Assembly: GCA_012295275.1 (NCBI GenBank)
Contig: CM022667.1
Coordinates: 2,356,001-2,420,000 of the forward strand
Direction of reading: 5' to 3'
Length of the DNA stretch: 64,000 nt
DNA from: Chrysomallon squamiferum
Lineage: Eukaryota; Animalia; Mollusca
Shown: in pieces, positions 14,650 to 28,134 of the stretch
Position numbering within the stretch: the first letter of the stretch is position 1
How the letters are laid out: each line of letters starts with the position of its first letter
The notes under the pieces: model-generated
The model's database searches: none
What the model was told of the DNA's origin: nothing
What the model saw: only the letters and a program-made list of their open reading frames with translations
Made by a program: the position numbers and the translations under genes

Positions 14650-15485
14650 TTGAGCTTATTTTAAGCTTATTAACTGACATTATTAATAAGCTTATTTTCA
14701 TCATAATTAATACTTTGACTTCACTATAAAATATACAGACCAATAAATACGAGACAAACGCTCTGAAATGTTCCGGGTTAGTGGTTTATACATGGATTAT
14801 TACCTAGTGTCAGTTTAGTATTAGTTCTTCTCTGATTTAATATCGCCAGTATGCGTTTTCTAGGAAGACGCTTACACACCAAATTTCCAGCATTCTGTGG
14901 TGCAAACGACTACCAAATGTTCTTATTAACGTGGCTCCAGCCACCAACCTGTTATACCAAGATGCATACCAAAAGGGAACTACAAAACATTTACACCGGA
15001 AACGACGTATTACAGTAACGAAGAACATACGACCGAACAACAGTCGACACATGCAAAACGTTTAGTTTGTTATAGAACGTAAACAAAAACTTCCAGACAA
15101 TGGAATAAATTGTCGCCTTTTCGACTGTTTTTAAGCATTCATGAAAAGAATGTGATATGCTTAATATTTAAAATATTGTCGGGGCTGTTTATTATTTCAC
15201 TGCTGTTTAAAGTGTTTGAACTCGAGAATTAAGTTTAATTTCAAAACAGTTCGATGGAGATAAAAGCGTAGTAATTATAGAAAGTTAAATATAGTTAATA
15301 ACAAAAGCCGCGTGTTCTAAAGGTTAAAATTAGTGGCAGACTGAAAAGTTAAGTCTAGGACCTAGATTTATTTCATATTCTTCCAACCAGATTTTATTTT
15401 TTTATTGTAGTGATTAACTTTTATAATAATAAAGTATAAAAGGCAATGAATCACTATACATATATATATATTATTTGTATTTAAT

Positions 15486-15536
<51 letters not shown>

Positions 15537-15594
15537 TATTATAGTGTTTAAATACAGTTTAACAAAAAAGCTAAAAAAACATAGGATATGTGAT

Positions 15595-15626
<32 letters not shown>

Positions 15627-16544
15627 CTAAATTAATTTAAATTGGAAGACGATGTTATAATTTTTGAATGTCTCTAAAAAATCAAACCTTTGTCTCTGTT
15701 CTTTAAACTTACCAGCTAATTTAAATAAATAAGAAACAGACGAGAAAACACGTGCGACCTCAGGAACTATTTTGACCTTGTCTCAGAGTTTGAGTTAAAA
15801 GTAGCGTTTTACGTCACAGTAAATTATAATGATCCGCTTATCCAGCGTTTAATTTTGTTTCAGCAGTCTTGTCACAAGGAAATAGCTCAGTGAATACATT
15901 TGATATAGAAAAAAAAAAAAAAAATAAAAATAAAAAAAATAAATAAAAAAAATAAATAATAAAAAAAAAAAGAGAAAAGAATAATATAAACTAAATCTCT
16001 CTCTTACTTTCTCACACATACACACAAAAAACAAAACATCGATTGCAGCAGAAGTTACAAAAATAATAAAGGTATTATAAAAAAATTAAAAAAAAAAAAA
16101 ATTAAAATAAATTTAAGAATGATCAAACACGTATATAGGCGTGTTCGTATAAGTATATATAATTATAAGAATGTAGATATTTTTACATATGCAAGTATTT
16201 ATTCATTTCTTTTCCTTTGTATGTCTGTTTATCCGTGCACGTGTGTTTGTTCTTGAACGCCTGTAAACTACATTATAAATGATTTCCATGTTTTTCGTGA
16301 CGTTTCCATCTGCTTTCTCTCGTAGCTTCGTGATCGACCTTTGCTTCCCTGTTGTCTAAAGATAAAGAAACTCTCTTTCTAGGTCACTTACTTAATAAAC
16401 GTAATTATTAGTAAGCAAATAAATTTACTAGTTTAAATTTAAAAAACAATAACATATGGATGTATGTATGTATACAAAAAACAAACGCTCTGTTCTACAG
16501 GACATATTTCTGTCTTTTTTTTGTTCTTTTTTTTCGCAGTTTTA

Positions 16545-16594
<50 letters not shown>

Positions 16595-16785
16595 AAACAG
16601 AATCGTCTCTGCACTTTCTGAAACTTTGGTTCTTTCATGTATTACTGGGAAAATTAGGACTGAACTAAACGGTAATCGACAAAGATCAACACACGTATTT
16701 TAAAATTCATCTTTGATGATACAAAGAAATAGTTGAAATGTGTTCTTCATACTTCCAAGCAATATTTGATTTACTTTCGCACACG

Positions 16786-16820
<35 letters not shown>

Positions 16821-17357
16821 TTAATATTATGAGAATATAAAATAACGCATTTCAGACAGTTTTATAATAAATATCGATTACAGAAAAATGGCAGCATGTC
16901 GTTAGTAATTAAGATTGTAATAACTATAATGTTACAATGCTTAAAATATGTTGCTGACAGAGTAAACATTATTAAAGTTTTATTAACTTCAACTTTTAAA
17001 ACAAAATTTTGTAATATTTATTCTTCATCTGGCTCAGTGAACATTTAACAGGCTCTGTTATCTAAATACGAAATACGACCTCTCTTCTTTACAATTAATA
17101 AATAACTGTATTGTAAAAAATATTATAAACACCGTTTTTGTTAAACATTTTATTTTCACAAATTTTCATTGTATTACTAGGCTTTTATATTACTAGTTTT
17201 AATTTTCGTTCTAAGGGCCCCTGAACATATTGTTAACAAGAACGTTTAATGGAATATTTTTGGAGTGTGATTGTAAGTACTTCGTTTTGGAAACCATCAT
17301 TGTACTATATATGAACTCTCACGTCCTTTCTGTAAACTGACATGTCTGTTAACGGAC

Positions 17358-17367
17358 GTGACGTCAC
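17358..17367. promoter_or_regulatory. Full palindromic CRE (GTGACGTCAC)
   Basis: Perfect TGACGTCA with palindromic flanks, 1.2 kb upstream of the ATG. Motif match only. Confidence 0.35.
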
Positions 17368-17604
17368 AGTAGTTAATTGACATATTGAGGTTACCGCTTA
17401 ATAAATATGGTCCAGTAAAGATAATATGTGCAGTAAATAATAAGTAAATAAAAAACTAAGTTAGATACATAACTATTTTTTCAAATACTATAAGGCTACC
17501 AAGACTGCGAAATCTGCTGCAGCTACTACTACTACTACTACTACTACTACTGTTACTACTGCTACTGCTACTAATATTGCTGCTATTGTTAGTGCTATTA
17601 CTAA

Positions 17605-17649
<45 letters not shown>

Positions 17650-18189
17650 CAGGCTTTCTTAGGCGCCATATATTGGAAAGACAGTTTATGTACGAAGAAT
17701 AAATAAATTACATGAAATAATAAAATGTCCTTCGAAATAATAAAGTATTCATCTTCGATTGTTTAATGTTACAGTTTAAATTGTATCAGTTGAAATGTAG
17801 TCGAGGTCCATAATTTAATTTTTAGCATGTAAACATTACACTATATTGCGTATTCCTTATGACCTCATACTTGATAAGAGGTAACGACTGAGAAGGGGCA
17901 TTACTTATTCAGTAATATAATATCTTGAATTTCACTTAATAATTATTTAGTTATAATTAATAATATGTGGAAATATGTATTTATCTTATCTTCCAATTAT
18001 TGTTTATTATTTTCATATTTTTGAAATAACATTTTAAAATCATATTCTGATTAGGACTAACAAATGTACAGAAAGACGACGATAAATTAATATGAATATA
18101 ATTTTTGAATTATCTCAAAATGTATACTAGATCTAGATCGAATTCAAACCGTTCAAGTTGAGAGGCTTATCGAGATCAAACAAACAGAG

Positions 18190-18290
18190 AACCAATCATT
18201 TACTTCAGTCGGCGTCACGTGATTAAGGGGGAAACAAGTACTCGCCATATTTCCCCATACATACAGACCGTCATAATGGCGCTTGTGTGA
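18190..18290 (+). promoter_or_regulatory. Probable proximal promoter of the MTSS1-like gene
   Basis: CCAAT (18192-18196), TCAGTC Inr-like (18205-18210), GCGTCACGTGA CRE/E-box composite (18212-18222) and YY1-like CGCCATATT (18243) and ATAATGGCG (18273), about 300 nt upstream of the ATG in CpG-retaining DNA. TSS cannot be determined. Confidence 0.55.
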
Positions 18291-18554
18291 TGGTTCGTGT
18301 TAACTGCAGCGTGTGTTTCTTAATACGAGTGTCATTTATTTCCTATTGTGGTGATAGTTATTAAACATGGATATACCTTTGGAAACTAATTACCCGTCTG
18401 ATCGTGTTTTATGTTATTTTATGAGAGGAGTTTGCTGTGATGTCCCGATCATTTCCTTGTGATTATAAGCTTCGGGTTTAACAACAAAAATCATTCGCTT
18501 TCTCTGTTGGATTATTGTATTTTCGCCATATTTGTTCAGCTTTCAAAACAAAGC

Positions 18555-18632
18555 ATGGAGGCCGGTACGAACGTGGAAAAAGACTGTAGTGCTTTGGGTC
18601 AGCTTTTCCAAGCGATAATCAACGATTTAAGA
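18555..18632 (+). CDS. MTSS1: MTSS1/MIM-family I-BAR protein, coding exon 1 (MEAGTNVEKDCSALGQLFQAIINDLR)
   Basis: ATG in aaagcATGG context. Translation matches the MTSS1 N-terminus as recalled (MEAVIEKECSALGGLFQTIISDMK). Ends phase 0 at AGA|gtaagt. Invertebrate gene, so probably co-orthologous to MTSS1/MTSS2. Confidence 0.93.
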
Positions 18633-21600
18633 GTAAGTTATTTTTTTTCAAAAGGAAAAGAAAGGGGGAAAAAAATAACTAAAAAATACTTACGTTACTT
18701 CATGGGTTTTATTTTGGATTGAAATATAGTAGTAATAAGAAAATAAAATGTTTAGTTTAATTGGTATGCAATTTAAAACGTATAATGAATTATAAATAAT
18801 ATTAATATTTTTATTTTTCTGTAATATATCAATATAAATATTGATTCTAATTAGTTAATAACTAAAAAAAGTAATTACATTCTTTCAGTCAGCTTTGTTA
18901 ATACAAATAAATCACCTGGATGGCAGTTTGATTTCTTTATAAAAATCTATGGTATGTGTATTGTGCAGATGAATAAATTAGTGTAAGAGTATTTCTTCTC
19001 TTTGTTTATCATATACATTCTCAAATTTTGACACACTGATTACCAATAAAAATGCTGAGGTATAAACAACACTGTTTGTTTTTGAAAAAAATTAATTATG
19101 AAGTTATTAAAATATAATGATAAAAACGTTCATTCTGGCATTGATGGATCTTAACATCTGTCACTGTAATCTGGATCATTTCTTCTTTCTTTAAGATTTC
19201 ACATATTTAGTTCACAGCCATTCAGATTATCATAACATTTGAGAATTTGCATAGATATTATTATTATTATTATTATTAGTATTTAAAATTTTATTTTAGT
19301 TATTATTATTTTTAAAATTATTTTAACCTGAAAGCCTTTTCCCTGTTTCCATTCAAGATAGTTGAGTACAATTGGACATTTATTAATATTATTTTAAAAT
19401 TAATTTTATTTATTATTATTTTTATCCTGAAATCCTTTTCCCTGTATATGTAAATACCACACGCTGAAATGAAGTATTAATGCCAGTCCAGATTTGAAAG
19501 AATAACAGAATTAAGATTTTTCATTAATACTTAATTTACTAAATTTTGGCTGCTACTGCCTAAATTTAGGAGCAAACAGAATTAAAAATAAATGAGTGTT
19601 TTCAAGATGAAGCACATCTCCTGCTGGCTCACTGATTATAAATCTTCATGGCCAAAATTGCTCTGGTTTCTGCAGTGAAAGAATGTTTAAAATGTGCTTG
19701 TTATTACAATTATGGAGAAACATGGTTGTTGATTGTGGATATACAGTCCACTAACTGCTGCCAGACTGTGAAAACAGTTAGCAACTATATGTAAAAATAC
19801 TTAGTTAATTGCTTAAAAATGTTAAATATTTTACAGTCAACTACATCCAAATGCATAATTTACAACCCAGGAAAAAGATTGTTTATTTATTTTATTTTAT
19901 ATTTTATATCGGTGAAAAAAATGCTTAATTAGCACACTCAGGATATGAAATATTTTAAACTCATTAATTTAAAATGGAAAATAATTCAGGGAGGAAGATT
20001 GGTTTTTATTATGAATACAGCCTACACAAATGTACATTGTTGTAGGTTTAGAAATGAAAATGTTCTGGAACAAAGATTCCTGTCACTATAATTATAAGCT
20101 GACTGGTGCCTAAGAGGCTTAAGTTTGATAAGTTGGTTGTTGTCAGTGTCTGTAGTTCATTCAGATTTGGAGTCTCAAACATTATTTACAGTGTTTCTTA
20201 TCTGATATCACATTTAGAGCAGTTAAAGAGAGAGAGAAAAACTACTCTAAACAGTAGATACATTAACTGTAAAGTTCAGATAGCAGCAACTGAGATAAAA
20301 TATTTTAAGTAAGAAAAACTATTTTATTACTGTAAGTAATGAAATTAAGATAAGAAGACTAGTAATAATATATTTAATATTAATATAACCCTTTTTTTTT
20401 TTTTAAATTCAAGTTATTTTTTAAGTGTAAATTCCATATATATTTCATTTCAAATGTTATTTTCACAACCGCAAGAAATTTTGAGGTATATTAATTTTTC
20501 TTACTAAACACTCTGACATAAATATGTTTGTATTAGGATTTAAGCAACATAATGATTAGACATTCATTCTGGACTGTTCAGTTTGTTACTGAGTTCATTG
20601 CAACTTCTTTTTAAAAATTTATTACGTATATTTGTCAAAGATGAGTGCTGATTTTCTTGTTTTTTCCAGAAACAATATTTCGGTTTTCTGCAGATATATC
20701 TACCCACCAACTATCCATTAGGACAGATGATAAAATTAAAATCATCAATCATTTACTTCAGTCAAGGGTTTAAGGGGGAAACAGTAACTCAACATATTTT
20801 CCAAGTCACCTTCAGGAGTTATTTTTAATGAAAACATTTATTCTTGTAACATGATACAGATTTAAATTTAAATTATATTCCTGTTTTGTAATTAATTTTA
20901 CCAAAGAAACAAGATAGCCTTGTAATTTATTTCAAATTTTGAAGTTTTTTGTCTGCATTTTGAAACCAGTAGATTGGAAATTTTTCTGAATGCAACAGAA
21001 CCATTGTTTATTCATGTTATACAACACCTTTGTTCTCTGTATCATTTGTCCACCCAGCTATAAAATGAAACAGAGGAAAGACATTGCGAAATTTAAATCT
21101 GTCCTTGGAAAATCTAGTCAGCAGTAATAAAATGCTAAAACATTTTTTTTTTCACCTGAGCTTACATAATATTACATTAATAACCATCCCCTATTGCATC
21201 TGTATGACATTAACATAGGATGATCAACCGTATTATTGTAAGGCTTTGAAAATAAATACATATAGTTGCATATGTCCCTAGTTTAAGTCTAGGTGACTTT
21301 AAAGTTGATGATCTTTTAAAATTTCAATTATTAAAATTTTCTGATTTCATTTCTTGGATGAATAATTTTAAACATTTATTAAGAGGAAACGAAAAAAAAA
21401 ATTTTCAGTATGTTTATATTTTTGATCTTGTTGCACTTTTTATGGCTGTCTCTCTTTCTCTTTTGTGTGTCACTGTGCCTGTGTGTGTATGTGAACTGTG
21501 CATGTCTGCATGACTATGTATTTGTATGCACGTATACCTGTACTTGCTTATGGATGTAGGTGTTTTTGGTGTTTTTTTACTGAATCCATTTTTCTTTTTT

Positions 21601-22993
21601 TTTCTTTTTCTTTTTTTTAACGCACCTATTTGTGCTACATTCACAGTAAAGGGCTTGGCATTTTATGGATGGCTTCTTTCACTGGTCTCATGAATTTGTT
21701 ATTTATAATATCATATTATGATGTATACAATATGTATGTTCAGGAAATGCTGAAAAAAAAGAAGAAATAAATTATATTTTTAATAAATTATTAAAAACAA
21801 ATAACATATCACAAAAAGTAAAAGCAGAAATGTTTGTTTTTAAATTATTTTTTTATTTATTATCCCAGACATTTTGTTGAATTTTATGAACATAAATGTC
21901 TTAATAAAATGCATTAAGAGATGATATGTTTGGTTTTAAATTATTTTTTTATTTATTTACTAGTCTATTTTTATTCTCATACACAAGCAATTATATTTCA
22001 GAGAGAGAGAGAGAAAAAAAAAAAAAAAAGAAAAATTCTCACCCCTCCCCAAGAAAACAAGGTGTAAAGGATGGGTTTTTAGTATAATGAGTATGAAAAT
22101 GTTTAAATTATTTTATACAGATCCACATTCTGTGCTGATTGTTCACCTGTATTTTCATTTACATTACAAGTAAAGTAAAAGAGATACTCAGAACAAAAAG
22201 ATTGCATCATGAATTGAAATAATGTTCAGGGAAGGGTTAAAAAAATTGTAGGAGTGTGTTTGATGTATTATCTAGACAGTTTAACAAAGTCTGCCGGTAA
22301 AATAAATTTGCATTTATAACCTTCAGAAGAGCAGGAATTGCGTATCACGTATTCATTGGATAAAAAATGAGGTTATTTCCTAATTTTTTTGCCTCTAGCA
22401 GTAATGTATGGTTCATATCAGTTACTATTGCTGTTGGTATTAAAGAAATTTGCCAAAAGTTTTATTTATGTGTAAGACATGTCTTTTATAATGATTATTT
22501 TTCTTTAATTTCAAAAACAATCTAAAATATATTTTCATAATTCATTTTTACTCATACAGTTAAAAACCCAACAGTTCATGAGGAAGATAAAAAAAAAAAA
22601 TTTAACATTTTTTTAATTTTCTCTTGAATTTTAATAAGAATATGAATATATTTTATAACTTATTTTTATTTTTAGAGTTAAAACCTTCAAAATATGTGTG
22701 CAGAAGGTTGTTAATGCTTCACATGTCAAATCACCCACACAAAAACATTTACCTTGTCTGTCTGGTTTCTTGGTTACAAAGGTTTTATGTCTGTTTTATT
22801 GTATTCAAAGCTTTAAATAAAAAAAAAAAGCTGCTATATATCATTAATTTAGTGTCTGCTTATTTAGAGATACATATACTGTAGTTTCAGATAATTACCA
22901 TTAATATTAATTATTTATTTATTTATTTTATTTATTTATTATTCATTATTGTGTTTATCATTGGTTAGAATTGTGTGAGTGTCAGTGTCTGTG

Positions 22994-23041
<48 letters not shown>

Positions 23042-23567
23042 AAAGTCTATAATGTGTGCCTAATTTAAAATTACATAAATATTCTGTTCTTTTAAAGTCA
23101 CCAATATTGATTTAGTTTGCAATTTAAATGTCATTTTATGTTGACAAAATATTTGTTTTGTATTAATAATATCTTGTAAGGATATCAAACAGCAGCAAGA
23201 ATTATAAATTGAGAAAATGATGAATTGATTGGTGAAATGAGGAAATAACATTGCTTTGATGTTATAAATATATTATTACAGCTAAATATGTTTTTGACAA
23301 ATTAAAAAAAAAAAATGGCTGAAAAACAAGTAATGCACACATAAATAAACATCTTTGCATGAAAATATTAATGCATTCTAAAAATACACTTTTCTTATTT
23401 TATTACTATAAAGAAATTATAATTATTTTGTAGCTGTATTTTTTGGATGGTTCAGAAAGTAAATCAGACATTAATTTTTAGCAAAATAGGGATCTTATTT
23501 TGTAATTAATCATTTCATCTTAAAATTAATTAATGTGAAATAAAGAATTAAGATCATAATTTTGTTT

Positions 23568-23614
<47 letters not shown>

Positions 23615-24284
23615 CAATTTATAGACACATTCTTTGTAACTGGTTACAACATTTTCTAATCCTGCATTTTATTTATCAAACAAAAAGGTGAAGTATTACT
23701 GGTATGTCTACAAATAAAAAATAACACAACCATGACTGAAATGGGAGAATGTTTTAACTTTACATGAAATCATAGGAGTAGTTTCTACAATAAATCTATT
23801 CATGGCATTTTGATAAGTTCACTGAGATAACAAATATATATTACAGCAGTATAAAACAGCCTATATAATATATATATATATATTTTTTTTGTGTTTTAAA
23901 TTGTAAAAAGTTTTACTTATTTTTGTTTGCTGTGCATTTTAATAACGATTACAAGATTAAAGTTATACTGTATGGTTGTATATTATAAAAAAATATTAAA
24001 CTTTATTATTATATTTCATAATCAGAAAGTTTGAAATAATTAGTGTGGATAATAATACAGTGTGGATTGAAATAATACAGTGTGGATTAAATTTTATGAT
24101 ATCATTCTTGAAATTTAGATATTCACATAGCAGAATAGGATTAGATTTGCAAAATACATACATGTGCATGCTTATATGCATACATTATTCTTCTGTTTCC
24201 ATTAGTTACAAATTACCTTTAATATGATGTGCAGTACACTCTCCATATACAAGTTTACTGCATTTTATAATCAAATATAGGTAG

Positions 24285-24322
<38 letters not shown>

Positions 24323-26255
24323 ATGCGTGCATTTTAGTACCAACAACCTTTTCTGCAAAACCAAACATAAATCAACCATGTCTACACCTAATCCTCTACA
24401 AAATAAAAAAAAAATTTGAAAAAAAATCCCTAGTAACAAATACAATTCATTTTAAACCAGACTGCATCCATTTAATGACATACATAAGCCTCAGAAATAT
24501 ATATGAGATGTGACAGGCTGTACATGAAAATAATTGTTTAGATTTGCTGTTGAGAACGGCAGAGGTGAAAAACAGGTTGGCTGACAGATATTTTATCACA
24601 GTAGTTAACAGATCTGTGGTGTCATGGCAGCCAAATAGCCAGTGCATTTTGAGACAGCATTAAAAGTTGACGTATCTAAAATGGTTTTTTATTACCCTAT
24701 GCTGGTTTTATGATTTCTTTTCTTAAGCTTCATTGCAGGTGTTTATTTTTCTGAAAATTTCACTGGTTTAAAAAAAAAAAAAAAAGTTACGAAATTGTCA
24801 TAAATACATGATATATTTTGTTTCTTTTTTTTTTTTTTTTTTTTTGTGTTGTTATAAATAATTATTTTTAAAATTTATTTTGAAGTCATAAAATATAATG
24901 CATTTTATCACTGGATGTGTATATTTATCTATTCAATTTTGAAAAAAATCGTGAAGTTTTGTGATTCAGACATTGTGATTGAATAGACCGTAATTCATCA
25001 AACATTTAAAATAGAATTTTAGGCTTAACTTTACAGAAACTTTGTATGCTGTGTTAAAATATTTTTGGCAGAATAATGCTTACTGTTCACAATGATCGTA
25101 ATGATGATGATAAAAACTCCAGAACAGTAACTCAACTTTTGAAAGTTTTCTTGGCATTTTTACTTAATTAAATATATTCTCTAATTTGATTTACATTACT
25201 TAATAATATGATATATGTAGCAAACTTCTGATTTTATTTCAGTAAAATTCAGAAATACCCATACATTACATTTCCCTAATGTTAATGCAGATACATATCA
25301 ATAACACCAGTCCATTATCATCTTTTCATTATCTTGAAGTTTTAATTTAATCTTACATAACCCAGTGCCGATTTTTTTTTTTTTATCTTCATTTTTTTTT
25401 TCTAAACTGATTTTTCTTATGCAAACTTTTATAAACTAGTCTGGATATTTTTCAAAATTGTCTGAGTAATTTTATTTAAACTTTTACAAACTTGTTTTTT
25501 ATTTTATTTTATATTTTTTTTTTATTTCTGAATAATTTTATTTAAACTTTCAACTCAACTGTCTTGAATTTTTTTTTTCAGAATTGAATAAACATTTTTT
25601 ACAGTACTTAGTTTAATGGTGGGAAATTTACCACATTTGTTGATACTTTCCAAAGACAGCATCATAAATGAGCTAGCTTCTGAGGATCATAGTGACCTCT
25701 CTCTTATGAATAGGGCATGAATCATATTTGTAACTTTTCTGCCAAACGTTGATGAATGCTACAGTCCTAGCATGACATAACAGATAAACGATTTTATACT
25801 TGGAAATGAAGACTTTCATTGGTTATGTAAATGTAGTTTAGCTCCAGGATTAGTTATGTATACATTTCTTTTGCGTCAAATGCTGTTATTACTGTTATTG
25901 ATGCTGCTATTGCTATTGATAGTAGTGTTGTTGTTCTTATATATGTCTGTCTGTCTGTGTGTGAATGTGTGTGTGTCTGTCTGTCTGTCTCTTTGTATAT
26001 TTTAGCTAAATCTTCTTTTCCCAGTATGGCTCATATTGTCATAAGTAATTGACCAATGTGACATTGTGAAAACATACACGCATAGTTATATTGAAAACTA
26101 ATTTAGAAAAAGGCTTACTAGGTTTTAATTCATTCAAATATAATTTTTTGTGACTCATAAACATTAATATTTCTTCGGTGGGAATACCAAAAGAGAAAAA
26201 TAAATGTTTTATTTGAACAACAGAAAATCTTTATACCTCAGTTTTTTTTTTCAGC

Positions 26256-26540
26256 GTTTACCCAGAAAGATTAACAGTGAATATACATTTTGTAAGAAAA
26301 ACTGAAATGTCATCATACAATTAATGATTTTCGTTTCACTTAGGTTTCTTTTTTTTGAGTTTACACAGAAAGATTAACAGTGAATATACATTTTGCCAGC
26401 AAAACTGAAGGTCAGAATACAATTAATAATTTCATTTCACTCATTTTTTAAAGAGTTTACACAGAAAGATGAACAGTAAATATACATTTTGTAAGCAAAA
26501 CTGAAATGTCAGCATACAGTTAATAATTTTGTTTCGCTCG
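26256..26540. repeat. Tandem repeat, 3 units of ~100 bp
   Basis: gtttac(a/c)cagaaagat.aacagt.aatatacattttg recurs at 26256, 26359 and 26455. Confidence 0.9.
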
Positions 26541-27206
26541 AATACCCATGTTAAGTGTGACTGTAGACAGTCTGTGTAAAAATACACTTAATTCACAGCT
26601 TGTCAAGCGACTACCAGCTTAGAGTGTAAACACAGGTCGACAAGACTCACCTTGGTGTTTGCGTTTTGATTATTATCTGTCTGCGTCACCTGGTGTCACA
26701 TCCAACATGTCTGCGATACAGACCCTCTCACATTTGTTGTCATTATGTCCAGCGACACAAACCCTCTCAAAATTGTTGTCATTATATTCTAGGTGTGTTT
26801 TATTGTCCCTCGTCCATAATATCAGCTCAGAAGTGGCAATTTACTTTTATAGCCTAGATAAATGTGTTTAATAAGATATCGCAAAAGAAGATCTCTGCAA
26901 ATAGAATTATCTATCTTGTTTCTAATAATAATATGTTAATACTGCTCTTCTTGATAAAATTTACCATGCTAAGATACTTGCTGTATAATTGATAAGATTT
27001 ATCTTTTTTTGCTGTTCATTGAAAATATTTAATTTACTTGCTGTTAATTGAGTAGATTGGTCTCAGAATGACATCAGCAGATTTCCACTATTGTCTGTAA
27101 TTTATGAAAATCATGCCTAATAGCTGGCAATAATTGATTAATGGTTAACAATTGAACAATGGCTTAAGGAAATATTGTTTTTTTTTTTTTAGGTTATAAT
27201 GATGAT

Positions 27207-27245
<39 letters not shown>

Positions 27246-27248
27246 TTT

Positions 27249-27526
27249 AAACCTAATATTTATTAAATTGTATAGATAGCTTAAAGGCATATAATCTTTT
27301 GTTTTAGATTGTAATGAGGATGATGGTAATGATAATGATAATAATAATGATAATAATAATACTAATAATACTAATGTAAATCTAATATTTATTGTATTGT
27401 ATGGATAGCTTAAAGGCATATCAACCAATGTTTTTAGATTGTAATGATGACAAAGGTAATAGTAATAATAATAATAATAATTTCAAATCTAATATTTATT
27501 ATGTTGTATGGACAGCTTAAAGGCAT
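27249..27526. repeat. Tandem repeat, ~3 units of 110-130 bp with embedded (AAT)n
   Basis: ctaatatttatt...ttgtat.ga.agcttaaaggcat occurs three times. Confidence 0.88.
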
Positions 27527-27568
27527 GTGGAGATTATTTATATTTGTGTGTATTTGTTTTGTGGTTAA

Positions 27569-27611
<43 letters not shown>

Positions 27612-28100
27612 TGTGCTTCATAATATCAGACAAACAAATCTCGGGCTGTATTCAAAAACACTGAAAGCTACATCAAGACCCCTCTGACTTCCCAGTTTGA
27701 CACACAAACACACAGACCCTGCACTGTTGCCTAGACAACCCAGACCCTCTTACTCTTTACACAAGAAAGATGTGCCTGGTTATATTTAAAAGCTGATTAA
27801 CATAGAAATACTGAGAAAGAAAAAGAAAAAAAAGATAAAAGTTAAAGCTATTGACCTCTGCTTTGCACAGATTAAACTCTCAGAGTTAAATGCTTAATCC
27901 TGTAGCCTGGGGTTGAAATCCAATTTCTGTTCCCCATTCTGTATAACTAACCTACTTTTACATTACCTAACTTGGTTTTGTTAAAACAACAATGAGGTTT
28001 ACATTGTTTGCTCTGATTTGTGTGCATGAGAACATCAGAGAATAATAATTGTTATGAAAACAAATGACCAGTGTTTTTAAGACTGACTTTAAATCACGTA

Positions 28101-28134
<34 letters not shown>

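Noticed and set aside
14192-14653. 153-aa + strand ORF
   Set aside because: TTG start, ends in (TAT)n and overlaps the suspected GPCR relic on the opposite strand.
17666-17676. SRF CArG box (ccatatattgg)
   Set aside because: Seven rather than six A/T between CC and GG.
18459-18722. 87-aa ORF as a standalone gene
   Set aside because: Only 18555-18632 is coding; the rest is UTR and intron read-through.
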